NCBI GenBank assembly: GCA_030265395.1
Contig: JARFYF010000050.1
Location: forward strand, 20,315,594-20,379,593
Direction: 5' to 3'
Origin: Rhina ancylostomus
Lineage: Eukaryota
DNA length: 64,000 nucleotides
Part shown: positions 48,346 to 61,280 of the stretch, one piece after another
How positions within the stretch are numbered: position 1 is the first letter of the stretch
How the letters are laid out: every line of letters starts with the position of its first letter
Notes under the pieces: generated by a model
Told to the model about the DNA's origin: nothing
The model's database searches: none
The model's input: only the letters and a program-made list of their open reading frames with translations
Position numbers and translations under genes: made by a program

Positions 48346-51300
48346 AACATTGTGTATATCACTGAAAAACAGCACCATGTAACTGAGTTCCCAGGAATCT
48401 ATCCTTTATCTGAAAAGGTTTTAGCAGTTTCTGAAAATGCCAGTTTTAGCCTGGACTGTGGCTATTAAACCTATGAAGGGCATCACAGAATTATCCGTCT
48501 GAGCCAGGGAACAAATCCAGAGCACGTGGACTGCTTTTCTCTCCAAGCTGAGCCTCAGCACTCTCAGTTCTGTTCCTGCATAATCTTTCTACTTCCTCCC
48601 ACTTCTCATTCCCGTGTCTCCTTTTGCTCATTGTTTATTGTCAATCATCAAGCTTGATGGTATGCTTGATTGACAGCTGATGGGGGCATCTGGTTTTCTA
48701 CCTACTCATTGGATCTTCCGATCTTGTGAGAACAAAAGCAAAATTCTACATGTCAACCGGGACCCAGACTTTTTAGCCAAAGAGTTGTGGCCTTAAATTA
48801 AAGAATGCATAACTAATGATCCTTTCATTAAAAGTTAGCAGTTTGCATAAATAGCAATCCCTTCATATGATATCACACACTCCATTATTTCAGATGAATC
48901 TATCAAAAATATTAGCACCACATAATTGTCCATTATCTCTAATTATGGTCATGATTCTTCTATATAATTTACATCTATACATTTCCAGCAATCAAGATAG
49001 TCAAGACCCACCCTTCTATATTATAATCACAATCTCGAGATGAAAACAGGAACATTAATATTCAGACCTTGTATAAGCACTTCCTCCCACTTTGCATGAG
49101 CAACAACACAGCAAAATATATGTTATTCATCTACATACACAAGATCTTTATCTTCAGAAAAAAAGCCACAATAAGTTCAAACTCCACCATCCAGTTTGCC
49201 TGTCTTACATTTTTAGAGGAGAAAAGAGCAATTTGAAATAATTTCATGGCTGCACTTAAGTTACACAACAGAACCAGCAAAGTCCTTGATCAGACAGTAT
49301 AAGTTTTGTTGCATGGAAGATCAGCAGTTGATAGAGAGAGACATGGCTACTGGAAGTGGCTGAGGCTGTGCTTGAGGCTTACAGTTCTATTTTGCTGGAG
49401 GCTAAGAGACAGACAAGATTTTGTAGGCAGATTAAATAAGAGTAATATTGCACTAATATGCCTTAATCCCCGATGTTTTTGAATTCTTTTCGTACACCAT
49501 TTTCAATGCTTGTCATTTGTAAAGCCTATAAAAGCCAGTAAAAATTGGTTCTATGTGGAATAATCTATTTTCACTCCCTCAGTCAAAAAATACTTCAGTG
49601 AGAATAGCGTGGTAATTTTTCCCCCAGCTATTTACAAAAACTGTCACGTAACCGAATTAAAATGTTACACTGCTGCACCTGTCTATACCCAGCATGGAAT
49701 GGATGATGGGCAATTAAGCAAGGTTCAAGTATTTTCTAAAGTGAGTTATTCAGTTACAGTGAACATTATCTGTTTGAAGGACTGAACATACACAAACAAG
49801 GACAATTAACTCTGGGAATGGCTTTGTTGTTGAAAAGAGTAATGAAATATGCTGGCAACTGCACACATGTAAAACCAAGAGCTCCAGCTTTTGCATACTC
49901 CAGTCTCTTCACTTCCTCTCACCCACATGCCACTCTCTTGTATTCCAGCTGACTTCCATTGTTCAGCTGTCTTTTGAACTCCCTGCCATCTCACACTATA
50001 TTCCTTTTCTACTTTCCAGCTTGGTCATCCTACCTTAGAATGTTTATTTCCAAATTTATCTCCATTTTAACTTAATTTCAAACAGCAGCAGCACAGTGTG
50101 ACATGCCACACGCTGTTGCAAGAAATTTTCTTCTGATGACAGCCAACTGGTTATGTTGCATTGTCACTGCCTGGACAATTACAGCAGGTAGTAAATACTG
50201 CGGTATAAATTAACTCTCCCCACCCAGTAGGAACAAGATGGGCGGGCAGCTCAAATTACAGGGATAATGTCACTTCTGAAGTCCTATTGCCATTGATCCT
50301 TACCTTTAATATTGTAAGGGTGCTTAATGTGAGGTAGCACAGGCAAAGAGGGGAGGCCACTATAGCTTTGTTGCTAGGTCAAACTGAGTTGGAAAAGTGA
50401 GAGGAGGCCTCAAGGGAAAGTAGAAGTTGTTCCTACATGGAAGCCAAGTGGAACAGAAGTGTTTCTTGTAGGTCGATGAAAAATTCAGCCTTTCCTGTCC
50501 TGGATTCTAAGCCCACCTCACCCCATTACTGTCACCCTTCTCTCTGATATGATCCTTTCACTATCCTTTTCCACGATGTACCTGCAGTCTTGGATGGCTG
50601 AGAGTGTAGAAAGCGGTGAAGGGAGCATGCTTGGGTGGTGTTATTAAGAGGCCATAGGATCTCACTCTGCCAGTAACTGTTCACTCTTTTTGCCTGTTGT
50701 AGGCAGGATGTGAATTGACAGCCATGCTTCCTGTTTTGGAGCAAGTGTGAATCAAACAAAACTGAAGAATTTTTATTTTGTTTGACTGCACCAGTAATCC
50801 ATGGACTTCTTTAGACTTTAAATGAATCTCAAACCAGAGTTACCTGATTATTTGACTGGTTTAAGCCTACTTGAATAGCAATCATCAAGTTAATTCTTTA
50901 TGTAGCCATTTAACTTTAACACAATCCAAAGTATTTGCTTTATAAATAAAGATAATTTTCTTGAAGACTTTTCAATCACTTAATCAGTTCTTATCTAAAA
51001 GAATGACAGAAGGAATTTGAATAACATTGGTTTGAGGGAAATGAGACATACAAGATGTTAAACCACTAATAAATAATCTTAAATATCAGCAAATTGGCAT
51101 ATTCCCCATTTCAATGGCAGTTTCCCCACCCCTGCTGTAGAAAGCAGGGATTCTTCTATTGACCATAATGCTTTGGTAATTCTGTCTCCTCATGGTGACC
51201 TACTCTGTCTGAATAAGGATTTATTTCAGCCATTTGCAGCACTCTCTTCTCACATGTTGGACTGGCAAATTATACCTCACATAAATCTAACCTAGTCTCA

Positions 51301-51707
51301 CAATTTGAATGCTTCTGCCCATCTTCCTAGGTAAGTGGCACAGACTTTACTTATAGCAACCTAAGTCTTAAGCATCCACAATCAACTTTCTCTCGCAGTA
51401 AGGGATTACCTTCTAATGGTCTAAGAATTCCATGCCAACTTCAATTGGTCTACTAAGGCTTAATTTATTTCACCGAAGTGTGTTGCAATCAGAAATAGAA
51501 CAGAAAAGATAAAATTGGAAAGATTATTATGAAGAGAGTGGCAATTTTGAAATGTTTTCAAATTTAAAAAAAGGTTTTGTTCAGATTTCAATGCTAAATA
51601 CTAAGAACTATCCGATGGAACACATAAAAAAACTCCCATTGGCTCAGGTTTATGCCTCCTGCAACTACCCCCTCCCTAGATGACTTGTGGATCAAAGTCA
51701 ATTTACA

Positions 51708-51830
51708 TTTTGACGAAGGGACTTTGACCAGAAGTGTTAACCCTGTTTCTCTTTCAACAGATGCTGCCTGATGTGCATTTTTGTTTTTATCCAACATTTC
51801 CAGCATCCAGAGTTTTCTTCTGATTTGCAT
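51708..51830 (+). mobile_element. Penelope-like tail
   Basis: ttgacgaagggactttgaccagaagtgttaaccctgtttctctttcaacagatgctgcctga..tttccagcatc. Confidence 0.7.
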
Positions 51831-52099
51831 CTAATAATGATGATTATTATAAACTAAGAGCAAACTGCAGATATTCAAATAGATTCACTNNNNNNNNNNN
51901 NNNNNNNNNNNNNNNNNNNNNNNNNNNNNNNNNNNNNNNNNNNNNNNNNNNNNNNNNNNNNNNNNNNNATTAATTTAAACTGATGTATATTTGAATGGAA
52001 GCTGATATTTATTTGTGAATATTAAAGACCATGTTGAAATCAAAACTCATGCATTTTATTTTATGGGGAAGTAAGAGAGTAGACAATGACAATGAAATA

Positions 52100-53585
52100 T
52101 GTGTGATTTATTTAGTTTTTCAAACTCCTTTGATAAGTAACCTCATGAATAAGGTCAGAAAGGAGTTGGGGGATGAGTAGCAGAATGGGTTGTTAGCTGG
52201 CATCAGGACAGGTACAGAGAGGAGGAGTAAATGGTGGCTTTTTGTTGGGGAAGGAATTGGGTCGTGGTGTTCTCCAGCATCTGTGCTAGAACCACTCACA
52301 ATTACTTCAATGATTTTTGACTCGACAGTTTGACTGACTGGGGGAGCTGTGGAATAAATAATAATAGGGAGAACTGCAACATCTCACAGGAGGATATTAG
52401 TAAATGTACAACATGGTCTGGTTGGGATGAATAGGCAAATAATGGGATTCAGTAAGAATAACTGCAAGATCGTACATCTTGGTAGAAAGGTCACTCATTA
52501 CTTGGAAGGTGCAAGTCCAGCCAGGGCAGGGCAAAAATGGAATCTTGTGTCAGCAAAAGTTGTTCCATTGATTAGCAAAGCCATAAAAAAACAAGTACTA
52601 GGGTTTATTTCTGTGTGTAGTGGCTGCTACCGTGATGTGAGAATAAAGACATGAGTCTGCAAGCTGTGGAACAAGACTGATTTTTTTACCTGCCTTGCGC
52701 GGGCCTTTTAAGCGCCGCGGTTCCCACCCTCTGAAAACGGAGATGACGTACATGCTACGTCATCAAAAACTTTTCGCACACACGGGTTCTCCCCCATCGC
52801 TCGGGGAAGACGAAGGCCCAGCGCCATCTTGAGCCCCACCGCTCTGATGACGCACGCCCCGACCACCGAGCCGGCTTGCTTGTGCGGACGGTGAGTCACC
52901 ACATGTGGATAGAACTAAGAATAGGAAGGTTATGCTAAAACTGTAGCCAATGTTAATTTTAACTAACATGGAATTCTGCATACAGTTCTTNNNNNNNNNN
53001 NNNNNNNNNNNNNNNNNNNNNNNNNNNNNNNNNNNNNNNNNNNNNNNNNNNNNNNNNNNNNNNNNNNNNNNNNNNNNNNNNNNNNNNNNNAAGGATATAG
53101 AGGCACTGGAAACTGCACAGCAATGATTTCCAAGGATGATACCAGAAATATAAGAATGTACACATCAGGAATAAAATGAACAGACGTTGTTTATTTTTGC
53201 ACTTAAGAACATAAAGTTGAGGGACAACCAAATAGAAGTCTTTAAAATTAGGAAGAGTTTTGATGGAGCTGATACAGATAAAAGTGCTTCTGTTTATGGA
53301 GAGAGCATAACTAGAACCCATTATTATAAGATAGTCGCCCAGAAATCCAATATGGAATTTGGAAGAAACTTCTTTATCTAAACCAAGGTGGGAACATAGA
53401 ACTTGCTACCAGACAGAGTCATTGAAATGAATAATCCAAATATATATAAGGGAGGCTGGACAAGCATATGAGAGATAATGGAATAGAAGGCTATACTGGT
53501 AAATTTAGGTGAGGTGCGAAGAGACTCAAACAGGACATGAACTGTTGGCTGAATGGGCTGTTTATTGTGCATTTTATCCTCTGTA
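52100..53585 (+). mobile_element. Old CR1 LINE 3' portion, interrupted by a solo LTR and a gap
   Basis: Degenerate F.K.FDK, W....RQMGF...CKIVHLGRK, LGFIS|..E...KVMLKL, LRDNQIEVFKI..FDG.D, RTHYYKI, GRNFF; CR1-like tail near 53545-53585. Confidence 0.75.
52616..52903 (-). mobile_element. Solo LTR (Gypsy-like), 288 bp, with 4-bp TSD TGTG
   Basis: TGTAGTGGCT...AGTCACCACA termini (8/10 inverted), TGTG at 52612-52615 and 52904-52907, about 23 CpG; removing it rejoins the CR1. Strand inferred from TATA-like cttaaaag on the minus strand at 52705-52712. Confidence 0.8.
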
Positions 53586-53754
53586 AGGACACAAAATTAA
53601 TTCATTTGTGTACATTGAGAACTTAATTGAGTATCGTCTTTCTTTTCCAAGTTATTTATTGATTTTATTATAACTATTTTGTCACACTTTAATTCTGATG
53701 AATTTTAGGTTTCAAAATCAAAAAGGACATACTGTAACATAATCCATCCGTTGT

Positions 53755-54145
53755 TGACAATTTTGCTTCAACTGTGGGTTGAAGTCACATTGGGGAGATT
53801 AAAACACAAACATCTGGACTGACACTCCAGTGTAATACAAAGTTAGTGTCCAATGTTCTGGCAATTAAATAACATGTCCCCCTGTTGGTTATAAAATAAC
53901 CGATAGGACTATTCTGAGAAAAAGCTGGATAGTTGTTCCCAAAGTCCTGGCTTCTGTTTATTTCTCAGCCAATACATAAACAAAGGTTACCTTGTCAATA
54001 TGTTATTTGGATTCTTGGTATGCACAATTGGCTGTGTATTTTGTGTGACTACATTTCATAAAAAGAACTTTATTTGCTGCAAAGTGCTTTGCAGGATCCT
54101 GAGGTCATATAAATTCAAGGTACAATATAAATGCAAGACCTTTTT
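53755..54145 (+). mobile_element. SacSINE1/DeuSINE-like SINE, near full length
   Basis: gtgggttgaagtc..ctgacactccagtg..aattggctg..gtgactaca..aagtgctttgcaggatcctgaggtc..tataaatgcaagacc. Confidence 0.7.
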
Positions 54146-54489
54146 ATCACTCCCAAGAAATTAAGCATTTTCCACTTTGTAACTTCTTGTCAGTTTTAAG
54201 TAATGCAACCAGTTAACACTCAGCCACAACCCAGACTCCACTGCTGCTGCATCCTATTCAAGCATCATTTCCTTTCAAATGTCACCAACTAGAGTTAATT
54301 GAGATGTTTGAAGACTTAGAATTTTCAATTAATTTGAATTAAAATAACTTCAGTCAGAGTGCCTCTGATGGATTAGTGGGTAAATGTGGTACTAAATCAT
54401 ACACTGAACTCTGCTGAGTTAAAGGATTTCAGTTTCTGCATGCTTCTTAATTCTCTGCTTTGGAAGAATAGAACATGTGGCTTCTTTGA

Positions 54490-54700
54490 CAGTGAACTCA
54501 CCAACCCTGTGACCTCCACTGCCTAGAAGGACAACGACAGCAGGCCATTCTTGCAAGTTCCCCTCCAAGTTACCTGACACAATGACATGGTGATCTCTCA
54601 TCACTGCTTGCCAAAATATTGGAATTGTCTATCCAACAATGCTGTGGCACCTAACTTTGCCACAATGATCGCAATCCAAAAGGCCAGGTCATCAATCCCA
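54490..54700 (+). mobile_element. CR1/L2-group LINE 3' fragment
   Basis: gacctccactgcctagaaggacaa..tgcaagttcccctccaagt..ttggaattgtctatccaacaatgctgtgg (WNCL.NN motif). Confidence 0.5.
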
Positions 54701-54789
54701 ATGTTCCAAATGCCTTTTTAAATAGGGCATGTAATGATCTCTGACTGTGTTATCAGGTGGCTGGCTTCAGATTCAGTTATACTGTTGTA

Positions 54790-55027
54790 GGTCTAAAGAC
54801 CCAAGGGTGAGGGAGATAGATTTTCTTCCTTAACGTTCATTGGTAAACCATAAGCATTCTTATGACTATCAAGGTCACCATTACAGACACTACCTTAATA
54901 TTCCAGTTTATATCATAAATTGAATTTAAACTCAACAGCTGCCATGATGGGATTTGAATTCACATCTTCAGATTATTAGTGCATGTCTCTGAGTTACTAC
55001 TCTGGTAATATTACCACAATGCCAACA
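54790..55027 (-). mobile_element. tRNA-headed SINE (family of 6020-6298)
   Basis: tgaatttaaactcaacagctgccatgatgggatttgaattc..ttactactctggtaatattaccac parallels 6195-6290. Confidence 0.6.
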
Positions 55028-58000
55028 TGTCCTGCTGGCATGCACATCCTCTGGCAGTCCTGAAGAGATCTGTTTTGCAGGTTAGATTCTGGGTAGGACC
55101 TATTTGATTTTGTATTAACTAGTGCCAGATTATTAACAACGTCTCAGTCCCCCAACTTGCCTGTGCTCATTATCCCCCCGCCAGTGGTTTGGAAACACCT
55201 CTGCCTTCTGATGTTGGAAATTCAGCTCCTGATCGTGCACATGTTCTGATCAGTGGCTGTGCATCCTACAAGTATGTTGTAATTTTACCAAAGGTACTGA
55301 GGGCAAATTTCTACTGTTGTACTGAAGATGGAAAGTAGAGGGAGCAGAGCAGTTTACCCTTAAAAGGAATTTTAACAGCAAACTCAGCCATTCATTAAAA
55401 TTGCTCTTTTGTTTTATAAAGTGGGATAAAAATTAAAACCTTCCAATTTATATCTTTTATTATTTTTGTCTGACTTACAAATAGTGAATTATTTTTCAAA
55501 CCAAATAAACAACGTTATGTGATTCACACTATACAATCAGCTAGAACATTAGCCTCCACTTCCTAAATTGAACTGCCATGTTACTTAATTCAAACCCAGA
55601 ATGCATGACTCCTTTAATGCTCTTTTGGTAATACAGCTTCTGACTTGGAGCCCTTTTTCAATAATGGTTTCCTATTCCAGCCCTCCTCATCTAACTGATT
55701 CTATCTTGAGGCTTTCTTTGATAGATTACATTAATAGATAGTCCTTGCTTCTTACTACTAATACTCCAGGCCTCTACACTAGCTCCAATCCATCTAGCTT
55801 CTTGCAACTAATGGCTTAGATCTTTTCAGATAGACTCAACCACCCATACCATGATATAACCTTTTGTAAAGTTTTATTCTCCCTGTGTGGAAATATTTAC
55901 CATTTTTATGTCTGCTAACTCTTGCAGGAATCCTTAAAAACGCAGAACATTATATTTAATGGCCACACTTCATGACTGAAGACAGCAAGGCTCCAGGAGA
56001 CTAAAAATATTAGGGACATTAACCTGTCAATTAAGCTGTAACCAATGGAACAGAGCAGGCAATGTGGAACAAAGAATCCATCTCCTATGTATGTGAACTA
56101 ATCAGTGACATTTCAGCACAAACTTCTATTTTTTAGAAATCCTGTTCCACTAAAATAAGTCAAAACTTACCTTTGATATCACATCACATCAAAGTCAATT
56201 ATAATTGTCCATCAATGTAAAATGGACCTAAACCAGTCACTCCTTTTCCATTGATCCTAAGTTAGTCAATAGTAGAGACTTAATGCCACACCAGCCTAAC
56301 CTGCTGAGTGTTTCCCCAATTTTCTGTTTGCCCAGATCCACACTGTTTTGCTTTAGTAGGTAATGGCATTGTTGGATAGTCTTGCATTAGCAGATTCTTA
56401 AAGAGTTCCATCTTCCTCTATATTTATTCCATGCTTCACTGACACCATGCACAGTAGTGACCCTGGCAGCACTTCCTGCAAAGCATGCTCCACTACTGTC
56501 TCCTGGGGAGAGTGCCTAGTAGTGAAAAACAGGGCAACCTTCTTTGTACTCATTTCATGCAACACTATCTCCATTTCAATCTTCCATTATTTCTTCACAA
56601 ATTCTGTGTCCTGGCTCCACAATTATCTTGACAGCCAATGATTTCTGCTAACCTTTCCCTTTGCTCCTTACTGCCTTTGGAAAAACTGAAAAACACTTTC
56701 TAAAAATAGTTGTCATCCTAGTATGTATTGTAACAGCTATACCTTCATGTGTGGCCACTTGGCTTTTAAATGGCTGCATTTCTTTAACTTCTGGTTATTT
56801 TAACTGCTCCATTCACTCATCTTCTTCAGTAGAGTTCCGAACATCTGACTGAACAGAAACTAATGTTTTGCAATAGTTAATCAATTGAAGCTGAACCTAA
56901 ACAATTAGGGGAGTTCACGGGCAGTCAACAAGCATGTTGACCCTCCCCCCTCCATTTGATATCACTTTCTAAATAAGTACTTATATAGAACCATAAGGAC
57001 ATACTGAGATCTTTGTTGTAATATGGGAACAAAGTCAGAAAGCATTTCATAAAGAATGGGCTGATGATTTCATTATAAACAGTGCACACAGGAAGTATTT
57101 CTCCACTTATAAAATCCAAGGTATAAATTCCATTGAAGTTATGAACTTTTGTATCTGCATATTTTTGTAGACCTGCCACATTAAACTGCTTGAAGGGACT
57201 TTGTTTTTCATCAAGGAGAAGATGCACTTTGGCAAACTGGGGAGGAGAATTGAGAAATGGAAACACGTTGACGCAGTGATTATGGGGGTTGATGAATCAG
57301 ATGTCAGTACTAAGGGGCTGGTGGGATAGTGGGGTCAAGAACACCATTTGAACCTTTAAAAAGTGCTGCAGTTTCTTAACAGTTTTTAAATGAAATACAT
57401 TAATCCAGAGGCTGACATTTCTCAGAGCAGTTATACAGTATCATTGAGGTGGAAAAATATTTGCACATGATAACAAAACCAAATCAAAGGAGGAGGAGCA
57501 GTACCACAACATCCATACAAGATCTGCATATCAAACTGAGAGTGGTTGATTTTCAAACCACCTACTCACCATCCCTGGTAATTAGAGGAGGAGTTTTTAT
57601 TATAATCAGTGACAAGAACAAGTACACATACTCATTAATATCTTATTAGCTGTTTGATGCAACATCATACACCTTTCTTTGAATATACCCTCCAGCAATT
57701 TACCGTCAATATAAATCCATGCCTACAATGAAGTCATACAGCCAATTTTCCAACTTTGACCCTATAAGTACTAAAGAATATTTTAATTTCATAACACAGA
57801 ATTGTAAGCTTTATTCTAAAAATGCTTCCAGTTTCAAACATCAGCAATACAGTCTCACAATTAAGGCTAGAGCACCACTAGGATCTGCTTCAGATCTATC
57901 CAGCTGAACCTTTGGCTCTTCAGGACTGTGTACAGTTTCCCAGTAAACCATTTAAGCTAAGAAAAGGGAACCACAATAGACTTTAAATGCCAACAATTAT

Positions 58001-58049
58001 CAAGAAGAAGCCAAGCATGATTTACCTCCTTCCTTCACACCAGATGTAA

Positions 58050-58528
58050 GATGTAAGCTGGAAAGGTGCAGAAGAGATTCACAAGGATGTTACTGGGACT
58101 GAAGGATATGAGTTATAAAAAGAGGCTGGAAAAGCTGGGACTCTTTTCCCTGGAACATAGGATAGAGGTATATAAAATCATGAGAGGCATAGATAAGGTG
58201 GATGGTCACAGTCTTTTTCTCAGGATAGGGGAGGCTAAAACCAAAGGATATAGATTTATGGGGAAAGGTTTAAAAGGGACCTAAGATGAAACATTTTCAC
58301 ACAGAGGGCAGTGAGTGTATGGAACGAGCTGTCAGAGGAAGCCGTGGAGATGGTACAATTACAATATTTAAAAGACATTTAGACAGATACATGGACAGAA
58401 AGGGTTTAGAGGGATATAGGCCAAACACAGGCAAATGGCACTAGCTCAGAAAAACATCTTGGTTGGCAGGTACATTGGGCCAAAGGGCCTGTTTCCATGC
58501 TGTATAACTCTGTGACTATGACTCTATG
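58050..58528 (+). mobile_element. CR1 LINE 3' fragment
   Basis: VQKRFTRMLLGLKDMSYKKRLEKLGLFSLE..IEVYKIMRGIDKVD; tail gggccaaagggcctgtttccatgctgtataactctgtgactatgactctatga. Confidence 0.9.
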
Positions 58529-58861
58529 AAAGACCCTGTCTTTAGGCATTTTCATATTTATTTTGTTAACTACTAATTGTTTTTAGCATTTTGGAACACC
58601 AAGTGATTGAAAAAAAATTAATTAATTAATCCAAACTAAAAAGCTTGGTCCGTACAGTAGAGTAGCAATTGAGACTCGTTTATATGACCGTGACGTTTCC
58701 TTTGACTGGTAAAACTACCCCACTTATAGTGTGAACTATTTCTCCTTTGGCATGTAGGAGACAGCAGAAGATGATGACCAGCAAACTGACTGCCTTCCAA
58801 CACTCACTAAACCCCACATTTATCATTGTTATGGAGCAAGGACCATTTACTAGTTGTATCA

Positions 58862-59012
58862 AAAATAAATCTTTGCATTCATATAGTGCTTTCACATTTC
58901 TCTCAGTACCTCTCAAAACATATTACATTCAATGAAGTACTTTTGAAGTGTTGCCATTCTTTTAGAAAATGTTGTAATCAGTTCACTTGGAAGCAAAAAG
59001 CAAGAAAGTCCC
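58862..59012 (-). mobile_element. Deu/SacSINE-type tail, reverse orientation
   Basis: ttgcattcatatagtgctttcac..caatgaagtacttttgaagtg is the reverse complement of the tails at 47350-47430 and 54050-54140. Confidence 0.6.
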
Positions 59013-59464
59013 ATTCATTTTCTTAAGGTGGTCCTGCACAATTTCCCCATGAGTCTGCTAAGGAAAGGTTCCTTAAAATTTCTCCAAAAAAAACTTCAGA
59101 ATATTCATCAATCGGTCCTGTGTTCATTTCTCTCAAGGATTATCTTTCTGGTGGTGGCAGTTTCTCAATTGTGGCCATCCTTGATCCATTTACTATTCCA
59201 CATGTATTTATTCTCATAAACCTCAATTCCATGCTTCCCTAGATGTTCATTTTTGTTTTAAGTGCACAAATTAATCCTAAATTGAATGTTTTTGATGGGT
59301 GTCTTTACCATTATCCCATGCACTAAACTCCCTCTTTTACCATTTTATGGTAATGGGATGGCTGGCTGATTGAAATCATGCCTGATTTTTGTTTCCATTG
59401 AAAGCAATTAAAATGACTTTTTCTACATTATTCACGCACTGTGGGCAGAACTGGCTGGACCAGA

Positions 59465-59620
59465 TTCTGGTCCTCATCCCAAATTGCCCCTAAACTGAGT
59501 AGTTTGTTGCTCCTTTTAGGCAGTTAAGAATCAGCCAATTTGCTGAGGAAATCATATAAAAGTCAGACTGTTTTAAAATGGCAGATTACCTTCCCTGAAG
59601 GAAGGGCATTAGTGAATTGA
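59465..59620 (-). mobile_element. SINE fragment (family of 6020-6298)
   Basis: catcccaaattgcccct..ggcagttaagaatca..atggcagattaccttccctgaagg..cattagtgaa. Confidence 0.55.
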
Positions 59621-60332
59621 ATACTTATGGATGATAATAAATACTTCTAATCCCTAGTCATCTATTTCAGATTCACTGTAGAAGTTAAATAATTTATGCC
59701 TTCTATCTGGTGGAGTTAAGTAAGTCACTTTTCCTAACTTAAAGCAATATCCATCATTATTTAGCATCTCTATCCAATCCACTCCTATTATTTTGAAAGC
59801 AGACGCTCATCATGCTGCACACAATATTACAATTGTCACCTCACCTGTAACCCAAACAAGATTGGAATAACTCAATCACAGTTTTGTTCTTTGCATAATG
59901 TAGATTTGATAAATTGGCACATACATTTATGATGTTTGTATTGAACCAAAATGCACAATCTGTAAACCTACTGTGAACAACCTGCAAAACTCCGAAATTA
60001 ACAGGTAACTAAGTGATTCTTCCATGAAATGAGGAAAATATGCAATGCAAAGTAATCTCCACCTTGATTATAATCAGTTTTGCTAACCTTTCTATTTGCA
60101 GCAGACTTCACTGTTCCACGTTACATTATTAATGGTGACAAACAGGAGCTGAAGCTTACATTGTTTCATCTTCCTCTTACTACTTTAAACAATCATCCAT
60201 TTAATAAATAATAAATAGTCATCCATTGTGCATACATTCTAACCTGGTTGTTTTCATGGTGGAAGAATCAAAGGTGAAAGCAAATCACGTATCACTCACC
60301 AGTGCAGAAAGTATTAATATGAAATGATCATC

Positions 60333-60852
60333 GAAATTTACAGCACGGAAGAAGACTATTTGGCCCATCACGTCCATGCTGGCAAACACACAACCAATGA
60401 GATGAATAAAAACTGAAAATGCTGGAAGTACTTAGCAGGCCAGGCAGCATTTGGGGGCCAAAAACAGAGTTAATGTTTCAATTGATAAGCTTTTATCGGA
60501 ACTTGTGAGTTAGTGTAATTGGAATTAATAAGATTAATTAAATGATAAATATTAAATGAGAAAATTGTTATCAAATCTCTGCTAAAACTCCCAGCTTTAT
60601 CTTAAATTCATGTTTCAGCCTAATTTTGTATGATTAAATATCTCCTCAGTCTCCCCAGTTCCAAGAAAGAAACCCAGGCAAACCACTCTCTCCTCATAAT
60701 TAAAATTCTCCAGCATGCCAACATCCTCGTAAATTTCTGCTGTACCCTCTCGAGAGTTCTAACATCCTTCCTGTGATCTGGTGATCAGAACTGTATGCAG
60801 TGGCCTAAATAATATTTACACATTACTCATATGACCTCCCTGCTCTTATATT
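60333..60852 (-). mobile_element. CR1 3' pieces (60333-60385, 60640-60852) split by a reverse Penelope-like tail (60403-60503)
   Basis: Reverse CR1 tail acagcacggaag..tttggcccatc..tccatgctggc; aaatgctggaagtacttagcaggccaggcagcatt; reverse QF*SPDHRKDVRTLERVQQKFTRML. Confidence 0.7.
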
Positions 60853-61144
60853 GCAAGTGCTCCTACAGTCCAACAGAGAAGATGGAAGGGTTCAGTTCTG
60901 TTATTTGCTGCAATGTGACTTATTGATCTTTCCCAGATATTATGGCTCAGGAAGGAAAATTAAATGCAAGACTAATGCAAACTGCACATCCACTACTACA
61001 CATCCACTATCATGCATATTATGGGGAGATTGAAACAGGCATCAAGAAATCATTTCCAAAATTAAAGAAGGACTAATTCAAAACCATAATCCATAGCCTT
61101 AACAGAACACCTTGATCCAGAAATTCAATTACACAGCTCAGGTT

Positions 61145-61280
61145 TTCTGTGTGTTTATAAGAGTAAATTGAAGTGCAAAATTGATCACAATGCATAATCA
61201 ACATTTTCCAGCACACACTGCACATAACCCGGGTTTGAAACGCATGATTCCATATGACCATACCACAGTGACTTCAGTCG
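61145..61280 (-). mobile_element. Possible BED zinc-finger (hAT) fossil
   Basis: Across frames KS.VWSY...NPGYVQC / CSVCWKML..CTSIYSYKHTE, cf. BED S.VW.YF...V.C..C.K.L...TS.L..H...KH. Confidence 0.3.

Noticed and set aside
50330-50345. tgaggtag let-7 seed-like word
   Set aside because: The rest of let-7 and its hairpin are absent.
52837-52893. caccg-ctCTGATGA-cgcac...gtgcg-GA-cggtg as a hammerhead, SECIS or K-turn
   Set aside because: GAC instead of GAAA and no stem III; helix too short for SECIS; 7-nt rather than 3-nt bulge; lies antisense within the LTR.
61252-61270. atgaccataccac resembling the 5S rRNA 5' end
   Set aside because: Match is too short, with no internal A/C boxes downstream.
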